DNA of 64,000 nucleotides, taken from NCBI GenBank assembly GCA_002633005.1, contig NMRA01000158.1:60229-124228 (forward strand). The letters are read 5' to 3'. A program made the position numbers and the translations under genes. Origin of the DNA: Phoronis australis (Eukaryota > Animalia > Phoronida). Of the stretch, positions 35,919-49,195 are shown piece by piece (positions within the stretch are counted from its first letter, which is position 1; every line of letters starts with the position of its first letter). A model generated the notes under the pieces. That model had not been told where the DNA came from. It saw only the letters and a list, made by a program, of their open reading frames with translations, and did no database searches.

Positions 35919-36425
35919 TTGATGGGAGGACACGATTTTTGCTGTGTGTTCGGATGCAGTCACAGGAGAAATAAAAGCGGGAATACTAGCGGATTTTTTG
36001 AGTTTCAGGCGAATTCTCATGCGAGGTCGTTGTGGCTTAGACAGACTGGGCGAGCGGACTTGACAATGCCGAAAATAAAAAAAAACATTAAAGTCTTTGA
36101 TTGTCATTTTGTGTCTGGAAAGCCGAGTAGGAAAGAAAGAAACCATGTGGATTTTTATCCCACGATCAACGTCCCAAAAGCAGTTGCGTCTACAATCAGA
36201 TCAAGAACGTCGACAACGAACACTCGGTCCCAGGCATGGCCTGCGGCTATTGTTAACGGGATTGAGAGTTCTGCTTCCACCACTTCAGTATCAAAAAGCT
36301 GCAAACGAATCTTACAACATGAGGTGCCGGCAGCTGGTGTGGAGGTCGAAATTGGAATCTCAGAGTCAACAGCTGAGTGTCAGACAAAAATGTGTATTCT
36401 AATAGCAGCTGACCATGTGGCATGA
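35919..36425 (+). pseudogene. THAP-domain N-terminus of the ISL2EU-A transposase; no DDE core seen
   Basis: CCVFGCSHR..FFEF..W..TGRA..VFDCHFVSGKPS..DFYPT is a THAP C2CH signature, partly degenerate. Confidence 0.8.
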
Positions 36426-36499
36426 GTTAAAATATGTCAGTTTTCGCTCTTCTGGTGCTGGTACGAAACTCTCTTAAGGATACGGTTGACGCAATTTCT

Positions 36500-36743
36500 G
36501 GGGCCCGTTCCCACAGAACTGGCCTGGTTAGGATAAATCTTAAATTTGAGTTAATTTTAAAAGAAAAGTTGAATTTGTCTCAAAACCAATTCAAGAAAGA
36601 GATTTTAAGTTTGACTTAAATGTTTGACATAAGTTTTGTCTTAATTTTGAGTAACTTGCCGAATGTGGAAGTTTCAAAGTTTGGAAAACAAATCTTAAAC
36701 TTAAGTCAAAAATGAGCTTAAGTCAGTTTCTTGGAACAGGTGC
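36500..36743. mobile_element. Harbinger-like MITE
   Basis: Imperfect TIRs GGCCCGTTCCCACAGAACTG / CAGTTTCTTGGAACAGGTGC, with internal CTTAAG/CTTAAA repeats. Confidence 0.55.
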
Positions 36744-39723
36744 GTGTATTATAAGTCACCAGATTATCATTTACCAATGAAATCACATTTAATCAAGTAC
36801 TAATGGGTTATTGCCATACACCAATGTTGGATAAACTATTTCTGGTAATACAGTTGACTTTCAAGTTTCTCCAACGTGTTTCCCTTAAGTCATTATCAAA
36901 CGAGCTTGTCCTCTTTTGTGCAGAACACAAAAACACAATGTGACAGCCCAAGCACTCTTATGGTTCCTTGAATCTGTGTGTGCCAGCCGTGACTTTTGTT
37001 CAAATGAAACGACCCATCTGGACATTTAAGTAGTGATGGGGGTGTTTCACCGCAGCTTCACTGATGTTCATGGCCCAGGTCGAAATTAAATTCTTCAACT
37101 CGATATAAATCTTGCCATTGTAAAATCCAAGACCATCCGGTGAAGCACCCAAAATGGGTGGGAGGGGCAGATCCAAAATCCTGTACTTTTTACAGTAACA
37201 TGCCTACCAAGTGACCTCATGTGGTCAACATACCTCTTCAGTGCTTGTTTCTCTGCAGCCAGTCCAAACAACATTGCTGAAGTTTTAGCTGGAGCAGATA
37301 GTCGAGTCGAAAAATGGCCCCTGCACCCCCCCGGACTTCAACTTTTAAGATGCATTTTTGCAAAGAAAAATATGTGTGAAAACTTAAAAAGATGTTAACA
37401 AGCCGAAAAAGTGTCCCACGTGCGTTTTTATGCAAATTTATGCCGCCATTACCGATTTTTCGTTATTTTATGATATCTCACTTTCTTATTCTTGTAAATG
37501 AACAAATCAAGTGTCAAAACCCATATTTTGAGGGTCAAGCATTACAATGTAATAATTTTCTTCATAATTTATTACATCTAATTTGTATTATACGGTTACT
37601 TACAATCAATACTACACTGAAAGTGTACATAAGCCAATACAAACGCTGAAACTGCAACTTTCAGTGTTTATATAATAAGCTCTTTAATGAGCCAATTTTC
37701 AACAAATGTTTTAAACATTTCAAGGAAAAAACGCCGGAAATTGATTGCAGAAATATGAACAATCATTAGGTGTTGATGTCACTGATTACATGTTCTAACA
37801 CTCCATGTCACTTTCATTGCTTTCCGTGAAACTTCCATACAACTCTCCACTTTCCTCTTCTTTGTCCACTTCACAAACATTGGTGAGCAAGAAATCAGTG
37901 AGTTTGGTAAGATAGCGCAACACGACCACAGTCCTCATCCACCCTTGTCCTTCGTCACAAGGTTTTGGCTGTTCATTTATAGGTTCGCAAGCACGCTTGT
38001 ATAAGGTGATACGGTGATTTACTCGATGGATGTGAGGTTTCAGTGCAGACTGGCACGAGGGAAGTCGAGCAAGGTCAATCTTGGACTTGTGAGGATTTCA
38101 TCTTCACCAACCCTTTTACGTAACATCCTGGCACGACTCTGACCGCACGAGGCAGTTGAACCCATCCAACTTACATCCCAATCAACGCCACGTTGCCTGA
38201 ATGCAAGGTGAAATTTTGGATTCTTTTCTAGTTTTTTATGGGGGCCAACCTCTCCTTTACGTTTAAACGCACTGGTGCAATCTTATCCAGTGTATACGTA
38301 AAATCCAAGTAGAGCTTCACAGTCGTCTTTCCCCAAGGATTTTGCTAGGTCGGAGAGATTCAATAGTCACGGATGTTTTCCAGACCCTGAATCTAGATAT
38401 AAAGTCAACTTTATAGCGTGCCTGCAGCAGAATGACAAAGACATCAGTGTCAGGGATTCTGACAACGTCGTTTCTGTACCAAGTGAGGCATCGTACTGGG
38501 GGTTACTGTAGATATGTGGAATCTCCTGAGTATGAACCGGAAACATCAAATCACTTTTATAATTACATTGTGACATCGCAAATTAGTTAAGTAAGAAATA
38601 ATCAGAAAGTTCTGTTCAGAAAAAAGATTACAGACTTCATCGCCACAAGATGCCCGTCTACAATCAGGATGGCCTTCTCAGTTTTCTTCTACCTGGAAAC
38701 TGCCTTCTCACCACTCCAGATTTCCAGTAACAGTTGACAGAGTTGCTTTTTTGTCATCGTTTGCAAGAAAAGTTTTGAAGTCATACGGCTTTTGTGTAGC
38801 TGTTCCATCCAAAACATTTTCTCTGAACTGCCACGTCACAACCGCTCCTGGCTTTGAGAGATTCCGGGTGGTGCTGTAAGTTGAGAACAAAAAGTGCTTC
38901 TTCGACACCATTTGATCAAGTACTTAAAAACAGATATTACCACATGTTGGAGGGAGATTAGCTAACGCATGGAGAAGTGCAAACCCATTTTGGATGAACA
39001 GATCATCCTCAGTATACAATGTCTCCTGGCGCAATGTCTTTCAGAAAATGAGAAATGGAGGCTTTGTTGGGTCTTGAAAAAAATGCCTGGTGTTCCAAGA
39101 CTATGGGGCACGGGTATCAGGCAGTACTTCATGGGTTCTGGCATGTTTAATGGCTCACCCAGTGACTGGGATTTATCGGATTGTTCTAATACCCCTTCGA
39201 CACCCACGACCCCGTCGACCCACAACCCCACGACCTGTGGCAATAGACGCATCTGCGCTTTTTACACATTTCAAAATCGCATTACGTCTCGGAGCAACTT
39301 TCCCATGAGTCTTACCTGCACGAGAATTTGATCTAGCTCAAGTCTGGTGGTTAAAACGGAAAGTGGCGTAAGAACATGACCTGATATAGCGGATTGTGAG
39401 GGTGCTATTTTTGTCATGGAAATAGTTCCACGAGTACCTACCAATGGCCTTATTCTACTAAACTTAGGGAGATAGTACGTTAACGTGAATTCACATAATT
39501 TCATATTTTCATTGTTTTCTGTTGTATACTCAACAATTATTAAAATCTCATGGTCTATTTAGATCCGACCTCCTGTCTATTACGACATTTCGGTCGATCA
39601 AGTGCTGGAGTCAAATTATCTGTAGTTTAAGAAGTGGTGGGTTCAAACCCTGCCTTGCACAAAAAAATCACACCATGATGAGTGTACCACATATCCGTGC
39701 TCGCTTTTCTAAGAACGCAGGAA

Positions 39724-39765
39724 CACCTGACGATGGCCGGAGGATAGACCGACCGAAACGTCGTG
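39724..39765 (+). ncRNA. Putative minimal type-I hammerhead ribozyme (Penelope pLTR-like fragment)
   Basis: CAC-CTGACGA-T-GGCCGG..CCGACC-GAAACGTC-GTG gives core CUGANGA/GAAA, a stem II, a palindromic ACGT stem III and a GUC site. An inverted partial copy ACGACATTTCGGTCG lies at ~39582. Confidence 0.5.
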
Positions 39766-40089
39766 ACAGTGTAAATAGACAAAAGGTCGCTGTAACACGC
39801 CACCACTTCAAAGCGGTTTTAGAAAGTCATGTTGTATATTCGTTTACAATATACTACATGAAACTGAGATACTTTTTTAGTTCACGGTTTATTTTTGAAA
39901 CTGTATTTACTGAAGAAATTACATATTCAGGGTTCCTCGCACTCTCCCAAAAAACTTGAATCTGCCATACATCGAAGAGCAGACGATACGATTACACTCC
40001 TCTGGGAACGACATTTGTAACGTTGGAAGGTCTTTGATTTGATTTGGTCGTGCTGTTTTTTTTCTGCTTTTGGCTTTCAAACTTTACAA

Positions 40090-43000
40090 GTGATATATAT
40101 TTATTGAAGAATACACAGAACATACAAAGAAATAATAACAAACCCAGAAACCGCGAAGCATTATATCTGGGTTGTAAACAATCCATAAATGAAACTAATA
40201 TACATAGAGGTATATACAATTAAGTAGTATCTGAAATAAGTATTCCAATACTTAGATATGCTATTACAGATATATAAAAACAAAAATATGTACAGATTCA
40301 TGTAGGGAAATCAGATGCAACAATATTGATAAACGGTACATAAAAATTTACTAACGTTGCTTAGGAGGAATTCGTTGAGAACGAGGTCAAGGTTAGGACT
40401 ACCATTCAATAATAATGTAACTCTAGTAGGGATATTATTACAAGAACTGAGAGCGTTAACAATTGATTGGTTTTCATTGAGTGCACGAAAGAGTGAGTCT
40501 CTCAGGTATTCGATGAGGGGACATTTGAAGAAAATATGAGGATACGATTGATGGACACCACATTTACAGTTTGGAGAGACATTACTAAAGTTGTGCCTGA
40601 ACTTGTCAGAGTTGAGGAAAAGGCCACATCTTCATCTGTACAATGCTATTTCGTTATCGCGGGTAAGGGAAAATTGAGTCAAGGGTGTTGAGTTATAAAA
40701 ATTATGAAAAACAGTTCTAAAATTATTTTTTATACTCGTAAAAGAGTTGCTTTCCTTAACAGAGACTGGAAGAGAATTTCAGTTGTTGATGCACATCATG
40801 ACTGTAGACCTTCTAAATGCCTGACTGAACGACGGGGGAATTGCATATGGGGTGGAGGATCTCAAATCACTACGATGGCCTTGTCTAGTATACATATCAA
40901 ATACTTTTTGACAGACACGTTGTTGACATTGTTTATTACCTTGAAAGTAAATGTGGTCATGTGAAGATTGCGTCGAGTTGACAGTTTGGGCCACTTGAGA
41001 CTATTCAAATCCTTAACACTATTGGATCCCCTGTAAGCTCCGGTTATGAGTAAGGCGGCTTGATATTGTAACTTCTCCAAATGTTGGAGTGCACCCGTAT
41101 TGGCAGACTGATATATAATATCACAATAATCAATGTGTGGAAGTATAAAGGATTTGAACAAAACTTCTAAATGTGTAGAATTCAGATGACGAGAGACAAG
41201 CTTAAGTGGGTTAATTAGTTCCTGAGTTTTTTGTACGAGCTCCCGAACGTGAGGGGTGAATGAGAGTTTTTCATCTAACAGTATACCCAGATGTCTGTGC
41301 GACTGTTTTCTAGGAATGATTTCATCATTAAGTTTAAGGTCATAAGACGGGTCAACAAGGAAGAGAGCATTAATAGATTTGGAGAAGGTGAGGTCAACGC
41401 TTTTTTCTGGTTTAAAATTCATTCTCCATTCTTGTGACCAATAGCTTAGTTTATTTAAGTCGTGTTGAAGCTGCAAAGAACATTCAGGGCTGCTCCCTGC
41501 GAAGGGGTAAAAAAGCGCCGTGTCATCTGCATAAAGGTATGTGCTACATGACAGGTTATCAGGAAGGTCATTAATATAAACCAAGAAGAGAAGAGGGCCC
41601 AATACGCTACCCTGCGGTACACCTGCGTTTACAAATCCAGGATGGGATAAAATTGAAAGTACGCCATCGACACGAACACTGTATGTTCTTTCGGAGAGAT
41701 ATGAGGTGATCATGTTTAAAAGATTACCAGTAATGCCATAGGATCGAAGTTTGTGAAGTAGAAGGTCGTGAGGGACACAGTCGAAAGCAGAAGCTATATC
41801 TAGAAAAATGGACCTGACACTCTCTCCCTTCTCAAAATGTAAATGAATCTCATGTACTATTTCAACAAGTTGTGCCACGGTGCTGTTCCCACGCAAAAAA
41901 CCAAATTGACGATGATAGATCAACTTGTTTTGTTTGAGAAATGTAAGAATACTTTGAGCAATGATCTTCTCGAAGATTTTGGACAGGGTGTTAAGTAAAG
42001 TTATTGGACGATAATTTGAAATTTCAGTTTTGGAGCCTTTTTTGTGTATATACCTAGCTGAAGAAGTTTGTTAAACAGATTGGTCAGGGGCATGGTAATT
42101 TCATTGGCAATCATTTTGATCATCTTGCTGGTTATTAAAGCTGTGCCATCATTCTTATTGGAGTCAATTTCATTGAGATACTTCCGGACATCAGTTTGAT
42201 TAGCCGGGATGTCAGACAGTTGATTGAGACAACGTTCACGAAGAAAGGGAAAGTTACCTACTTCAGTTGATATAATGTGGCTTTTGTTCGTGAAAAACTT
42301 GAGAAACAAATCACACTTGTCACTACTACTTGAGGCTAGGTTACCATTATAGTTGATGACAGGATAGGAGGATTGTTGTTGATTGCCGCGTATTTTATTG
42401 ATAATTTTCCAGTATTCTTTGGAGTTCTTGCTTGCGCTGTTAATTTGTTGAAAAAGCTTGTGTCGGTGATCAGCTTTGGCTTGATTTACTAAAGTTTCAA
42501 CCAGACGTGACTGCTCTTTATATCTGTTGTAGATTATAGTGTTGTTAGATCTTCTGAAAGAGCTGTAAAGTCTGTTTCTTGTGCGGATTGCCCATTTAAC
42601 ATTATTGTTGAACCAAGGTTGGCTGTTGTGTTTAATTATCTTTTCAGTTGATGGGATGTTGTTTTTTTGAAATTTCATAGAGAGTACTAGTGAAGAGTGA
42701 AACAGTGTCATCAATGTCGCCACTGTTCACTATGGAATCCCAGTCAGTGTTGGTGATATCCTGACGCAGTTTATCGGTGTCGACCTGATCATATTTCCAA
42801 TTGGTTCGAGTGGTGTGTTGTTCTTTAACCGGTTTTTTAAGTGTAAGGGTGGTTTTGATTGTGTGGTGATCAGAATTGCCAACAGGAGGTAGTACAGAAC
42901 ATGAGTCAGTGATACTCAAATTGTTTGTTGTACAGAGGTCAATACATGAATGGGAAACGTCGGTGATACGGGTTGGCTCATTAATTAGTCGTATGCAGTC

Positions 43001-43900
43001 ATTAGACAATAAGATATCAAACAATTGTAGACCGGACGTGTTGTCATGATCATCATTGTACCATGTAGAGTTTCGGGCATTGAAGTCACCATTTATGATT
43101 ATACTAACGTTATTGCGTTTAAGTTCCGCTAACTGATCGGCTAGGGCTTTGAAGTAGAATTTTCTTTCAGTTGGTGATTGAGAAGGTGAGCGATAAAACA
43201 ACCCATATAGTAATTTTTTCTGTGATCGAAATAAATTTCGATCCAGCAGTTGCATAACTGAGGACAAGTTAAGCTAGAACATAATTTAAATGAGAGTGTG
43301 TTTTTAGTGAATAAGATGATGCCACGGCCACTGTTACTGTGATAGGCTACACTGTAACCAGGAATGATTAGTTCATTATCAAGGTCGTCTTTGGTAACAT
43401 TACAAGTTTCACAAAGAGCGACAGTCATATAATCGTGAGACAGAACAAAGTTTTTTAGAAGTTGGAATCTGGAGAAATTGTTAGATTTAAAGCTGCTAAT
43501 ATTTGAAAATAAGATTTTAGAAATAGTATTGTCTTCAGGCCCAGGATTTTCTTCAACATCGCCAGCTAAAAGGAGGCACATGCCAATGACGATTCCGTAA
43601 TCCATGCAGGTGTTATGTAAACAATAGTAAGACACGTCAGTAAGCTGAACCCGCATAGCGTGATATCTCATTCGATACCGGTGAGAAGAATTGAACTGTG
43701 ACCATGCGGGGGAAAACATTGTAAGACCAGAAAACTCACACTACTCGAGGCACTCAAACGATAGTCGTATTTAACAATTAATACACCAATGCTTGTTGAA
43801 AATTCAAGGGTTGTTAAATGAATAAGATAGTAAGGACAATTAGGGGAGTCATTTTTAAAAAACAAAATTATATCATAGGCTCGCTTACAGGTACATAAAT
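40090..43900 (-). mobile_element. CR1/L2-group non-LTR retrotransposon ORF2 (APE plus RT), frameshifted, with an N-terminal 2A-like motif
   Basis: LLLAGDVEENPGP, APE motifs (ALCET, GDFNA, SDH), QPWFN, and RT motifs QFGF, FLDIASAFD, GVPQGSVLGP and YADD. 3' stem-loop and AATAAA at ~40100-40170. Confidence 0.92.
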
Positions 43901-46900
43901 AGCAACTTAGTTGAAAAGCACAACATATAAATTCAATCTTGGGAAACCAGTTAGTTCTATTGCAAGTGAATACAAAAAAACATAGATAATGATTGCTCTA
44001 AAGATATGTACAGAGGAAATATGACCAAATAGTAACGGACAAAAGAAGGTGAAAAATATGAGTTTGAACACTCAAATTCGCTGAAGAAAACAAAAAGATG
44101 TATTGAAGATCTCTCACTATGGATAACTTAGCTGTAACACGTTTTAGAATTGATAAAAGGCTATGAGTTCTTACCACTATAGGCCACCAAGTAATGACAG
44201 ATCAGCTCATGTGTTCGGTGGTGTCTTCTGAATTGAAGTAAACTTTCTCACAGATTGAAACACCAGTTTTCACAGGGATTATTTCAACTTGAAACTCATT
44301 ATAAGCTAAATTATGGTGACAGACAGTACTCAGCGTGATTTTTTTTCACGGGCAAGCTAAAACAGAAATAACCTGGGGAATCATTCTGAAACCCACAACA
44401 AAAATCACATGTAGTTGTAGATTCGGCACCTGACTGACAGAGAACAACAAGTACATCTGCTCCATGTGTTGAGTGTTTTATTCCTGCACCATGTAAAAGA
44501 TAGCTTTTAGCACTTACTTGTAGTTCTAATGTAATGTTTGACCCACCAAATATATGTCCAGACACTTAGTTTTTTCAATTATATGAAATAGTCGGCGACA
44601 TATTGCGAAATAACGCAAAATCGGTAATGGCGGCACTAATTTTCATAAAAAACATACGTGGGACATTTTTTCAGCTTGTTAACATCATTATTCCGTTTTC
44701 ACACATATTTTCCTTCATGAAAATTCAACTTAGAGATTGAAGTCCGGGGGTGCACGCAGGGCCATTTTTCGACTAGACTAAGAGTACCTCAGCAGTTTTT
44801 GTAGTAGACAAGATGGATCAGTGGCTGGCCGACGATTGACAACTGCATGAAAATTTGATGCACTTATTCTGCAGGAACGCAGTTGGTGTCAAATATTGCA
44901 CGATGACTGTTCTCTGGTGTTCAGCTGAACATAAGCAATGTCCTCTGTTGAGGAATATAAATTGTTTACAAAGTGTTCCCCGGCACATCTAATGTCACTG
45001 AGACTTGACGGTAGCTGCTCCAGATATGGATATTGACGACACGTTAAGGGCTCATCAATTACCATACATGGAAAACCCGCAAGTCGGTAAAGTCTTTTTC
45101 ATCATTTCAAACAATCGGTCCCGATTGGGGCCATTGGCCTCTCTGTCCTCATCGTGGCGAGGGTCCTCTTTCCGAACGTTCGGTCTGGGATCTGCTTGAT
45201 GCTTCGCCCTAGAAGAATAGAATAAAGAATATTAGACATCTGAACAACTACACGATTTCAAAGCTGTCATAAACCCAGTCCTGTCAAAAACTAACTCATA
45301 GACTGGTCCCAACCATATCCGAATTCAAATTAGGAGTTATTTGGGGACTTACAATGTTTTGCTTAGAGCTTAAATCCAGACGTTAGGTACTGTATTATGT
45401 GTAACATAAGGCCATGACCTCATACAGAGTACTTGAAAATACAAATGATTGTTGCTATAAGGCTATGACCTAATATCCCAGGTAATACGGTAGTTGCAGC
45501 CGGCAACTGCATGCACCGAGAAATGATATACGAAAACTTTCTCCAACGTCACGATTACCTCAACGCCTGACTAAAGACCACGTTGAGATTAGGTTTACAA
45601 CGGTAAGACTTTAGTGTTTGACAGAACCAAAATCATAGCAGCTTTAAATAAACAACAGTAAGCAATCTGTTACCTATGCAGTTCATAGTGCACATGTAGA
45701 AACAAAAGATAACTAAAAAGACTGAATACCTTGAATTCCAAAAAACATAACATAGAAATGATTTTAAAACATGATTTGAAATCATAATGGGGTTTTACCC
45801 AGCTGAAATGGGCAATGAAAACAATAAAAGTGAGAGCAATTATCTGGAGCATCTTAAGAAGGACATACTGTCTTGGGTAACACCAGAAATATAATATGCA
45901 GTTGTGGAAAATGTCGGGCAAAATAAAACTGGCATATGACCGTAATTTATAATTAAAGCAAAGAAGGACAACCTCTGTACGCTTATTTCTTCGATCGGAT
46001 TTCGCTCAACATGCCACTTGGCAGGACGGTTCCAATTTCTTAGGAGGATCTGTCACTGTTTCATTTTCCGGTACAGCATTAAGTCCCTTGGACACACAGT
46101 CCTCGAGACAGAAGAGAAGCGCAGCAATGTGACTACAAGCCTCACCTTTCCTGTAACACAAAGTAAATACATTACATAATGAAAACAAATCAATCATTAA
46201 AACTTACTAGACACTGATAGATATTACAAGTTCCATGACGTGTTTAATCTGCAGAATGAACATGACATGGTAACCAGAAGATTCAAGGTCCAGGTTTATG
46301 CAACTGACTTTATACTGAGATAAGCAGTTAGGCAGCTTGATACAAATTGTAGAGACGCTGTTAATGTAAGGTTCTTTATGTTTGCATTTGTAAGTAATAG
46401 TGCAAGTTATACCCACAGAATTTATGATGTGCAATGTACATTATTTTGTCAGCACATATAAAAGTGTATGCAATTTCTAAACTGAGCAGTAAGCTCAACA
46501 TTAATTTTTAATTATTGCGACATGCAAAAATAATTCGTAATTGCTGACACTTTAAATTATCAAGTAAGTATCAGATGAACTCAGACCTGGTGTCACCATA
46601 GATACTCGTTAGTTACTCTGTAGTCTATGGTGCCACATAAAATTTAAACCAGGTCTACCAGACAATGCCCCAGGTCACACTAAAAATCGACAATAGTTAG
46701 TTTCATTAATTTACATTTATCCTACGAAATGCATACATTAAATAACCAGTGATAATTGATAAATTCGTGACACAAACAATCTAGACTCGCGTTACAGTGC
46801 AGTGAATTATGTCAACATACCCCGCCACATAAGCGCATGACCCGCCGAGAACTTGACCCGAAGTCTCCATCGCTACAAAGACGTTATAGTGGCTTCCTGA

Positions 46901-48908
46901 CATGGACGAAATGACCTCAGCTTTGCACAAGAACATGTTGCCAGATGAGTCGATGCTTGTCTTCACCTTCTGGACATAGCCGTCCGCGAAGTGCACTGTA
47001 CATGCATGCCTTCAGATTTTAGTAGGCCCGGTAGCTGCTGCCGCCAAAAGATATTCTTTTAAATTCTCGTGGCAAAACTTAATGAGGTCGACCACTTACT
47101 GGGTTAGATTTTTGCGAACCACGTTGCACTAAAGCGTTGCATTGCTCAAAAAAACGATAAATGTTGACACTAAACTTGATACACAAGGAAAACAGAATTT
47201 TAAAGATGGCGGCTAATGCCCTTTGCTTGAACTCATGCATCTCGCGAGACTCTGTAATTACGCTAGCGCGGAATATGAAAGGGGAGTATTCGCCGTGACA
47301 AAAGCCAATGAAGCGAAAGATACAGCTGATTCAATGCACAACAAATGCATTGTTCTCGAACTCGACAACCAAAACTTGAAATCAGAAGTTGACCTACTTC
47401 GTACGCGATTAATGGAAATCGAGTCTCAGTCTCGCAGATTAAACCTGTTGTTTGATGAGTTTCTGGAGGACAGTAACGAGAGATGGAATGACTGTGAGGA
47501 TGAGATAACCTCTCTTTTCAAAGTCAATCTCACAGTAGGAAAACAACGGCAAGGAACACCCAGCCCCGTAATTGTGAAGTTTACATACTACAAGGACAGA
47601 TCACTAATCAAAGTTGAAGTCATGAAAGAGGTTTTTACAGATCCCGGCGTCTTTATAAGCCAAACTCTACTAGCTACACATGGTGCAAATTGAACCCTGT
47701 CAAAAAGGCAAGATTACATTTTTTCTCGTTTCAGGTGAACTTTTGTCACTGATAAACAGGACGGAGATAATACCTGGCCACAGCACTGACCATTCAATGG
47801 TCACAATGACCATGCAACTGAATAATTTCTCATCTGGTCAAGGGATTTGGAAATTTAATTCATCAGTTCTCCAAGACATAGAATATATACAGAAAGTTAA
47901 AGAGATTTTTTACGATGTGAGAAAGGAATATGCAGCACTGGTTTACAATTTTGACAATATAAATCAGATACCGGATGGTGAACTATCTCTTACTATTGAG
48001 GACAATTCATTCCTTGACTTGCTTTTGATGAAAGTGGGGGAATTTACAATTTACTATTGTTCCAGAAAGCAAAAACAGGTATCTGCTAAGAAAGCCCTTT
48101 TGGAATTCCAAATTCAATTATTGCATGATTTTTGGATCATCACCATGATGATTGTTTGAGTAAAATTTACAAGGACCTACAATCTCCGCAACAGGAACTC
48201 TGAGCACACGAGCTTAAAAGCTCTTTCATAAGATCACGTGCTTGTTGGATTGAAAATGGCGAGAAGCCAACAAAATATTTCATGGACTTGAGAAAGGAAT
48301 TTTGTTCAGAAGAACATTAACAGTTTGATTGTACAAACGGTCAAGTATTATGCGATCAGAGTGATATACTGAAGGCAATACGTACCTTCTATTGTCACCT
48401 TTACAAATGTAAAGATACAGAACTTGACAATATTAATCTTCAACGTCATCTGGACACATTTATTGTCCCCAGACTGTTGCATGCTGAGAGTACTTTACTT
48501 GACCAAGATGTGATTATGAAGGAGGTTGAAGGCGTACTTAAGAAAATGAAAAATAATAAGTTACCCGGTTCAGACGGCTTTCCTCCAGAGTTTTTCAAGT
48601 TTTTTGGAAAGATATCGGTTTCTTAGTTTACAGGGCGCTGATTGCGACTCTTAATGGCCACCTTACAGAGCCCCTGAAGCATGGTATAATAACATTTGTT
48701 CCGAATAACGATAAATCGCACAACCTGCTTAACAATTGGAAGCTAATATCCCTTTTGAATACATGTTATAAACTTTTTCAGGTGTTATAGCCCTACGTAT
48801 AAAGATGGTTTTGAATAAATTAAGAAGTGACAACCAGAAGGGCTTAATGGCTGGCAGATTCCTCGGTGAAAATACACGTTCACTGTATGATATTATGCTT
48901 TATACCAC

Positions 48909-49195
48909 AATATTAGCCTCGAATGACAGATACAACCGTGTAATAACCCATAAGGTTATCTCACTAGTGAGATAACATTTTGGCGGGAAACCGAGGCCGG
49001 ATTGGAACCCGGGCCTCAACAGTTGCGAGTCGCCGACTTTACCACTACAAACTCAGCGGCTGACGTCATCGAACGTGAAAATAGAATAGTTTTACTTAAA
49101 TGAACACGCCCCTCGGGCGATAATTCTCCAAAATCCACGAGGGCTCTAGATAACGGGGGATAACGACTTCGCCATGTAATAATCTATAGTTATAC
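48909..49195 (-). mobile_element. ~290-bp non-autonomous insertion with a tRNA-like segment, inside the Tx1 RT
   Basis: RT resumes across it (LYDIMLY..|..LRKNLPDLLLLINFEKAFD). Minus strand has TAGTGGTAAA..GGGTTCCAATCC (A/B-box-like). Palindrome GTTATCTCACTAGTGAGATAAC. Confidence 0.6.

Larger units (their letters stand above)
37299..44780 (-). mobile_element. Academ-type DNA transposon (decayed)
   Basis: 5'-TAG...CTA-3' ends, ~170-bp TIRs (TAGTCGAGTCGAAAAATGGCCC / GGGCCATTTTTCGACTAGACTA) and AGA TSD. Transposase remnants at 37800-39400 (KYCLIPVPHSLGT, FKTFLANDDKK, ALLGFYVYTG*DCTSAFKRKG). Confidence 0.85.
36810..47150 (-). pseudogene. Spliced SWIM plus YqaJ (lambda-exonuclease-like) gene of ISL2EU-A, split by Academ
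   Basis: Exons ending at 46821 and starting at 46150 splice GT-AG to give GSCAYVAG|KGEACSHIAALLF (SWIM). 45208-44781 gives TREQSS..RISASNF. After removing Academ it reads LLRYS|APAKTSAMLFG..E..A..Y..STGFWICPSHPF/LGASPDG..IELK..TQIQG. Confidence 0.85.
29727..47287. mobile_element. ISL2EU-type (PIF/Harbinger-related) DNA transposon A with convergent THAP and SWIM-YqaJ genes; hosts nested insertions
   Basis: TIRs ACTCCCCTTTCACATTTCC / GGAATATGAAAGGGGAGT. AT target duplication at 29725-26 and 47288-89. Removing it restores the LINE ORF1 frame. Confidence 0.85.
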
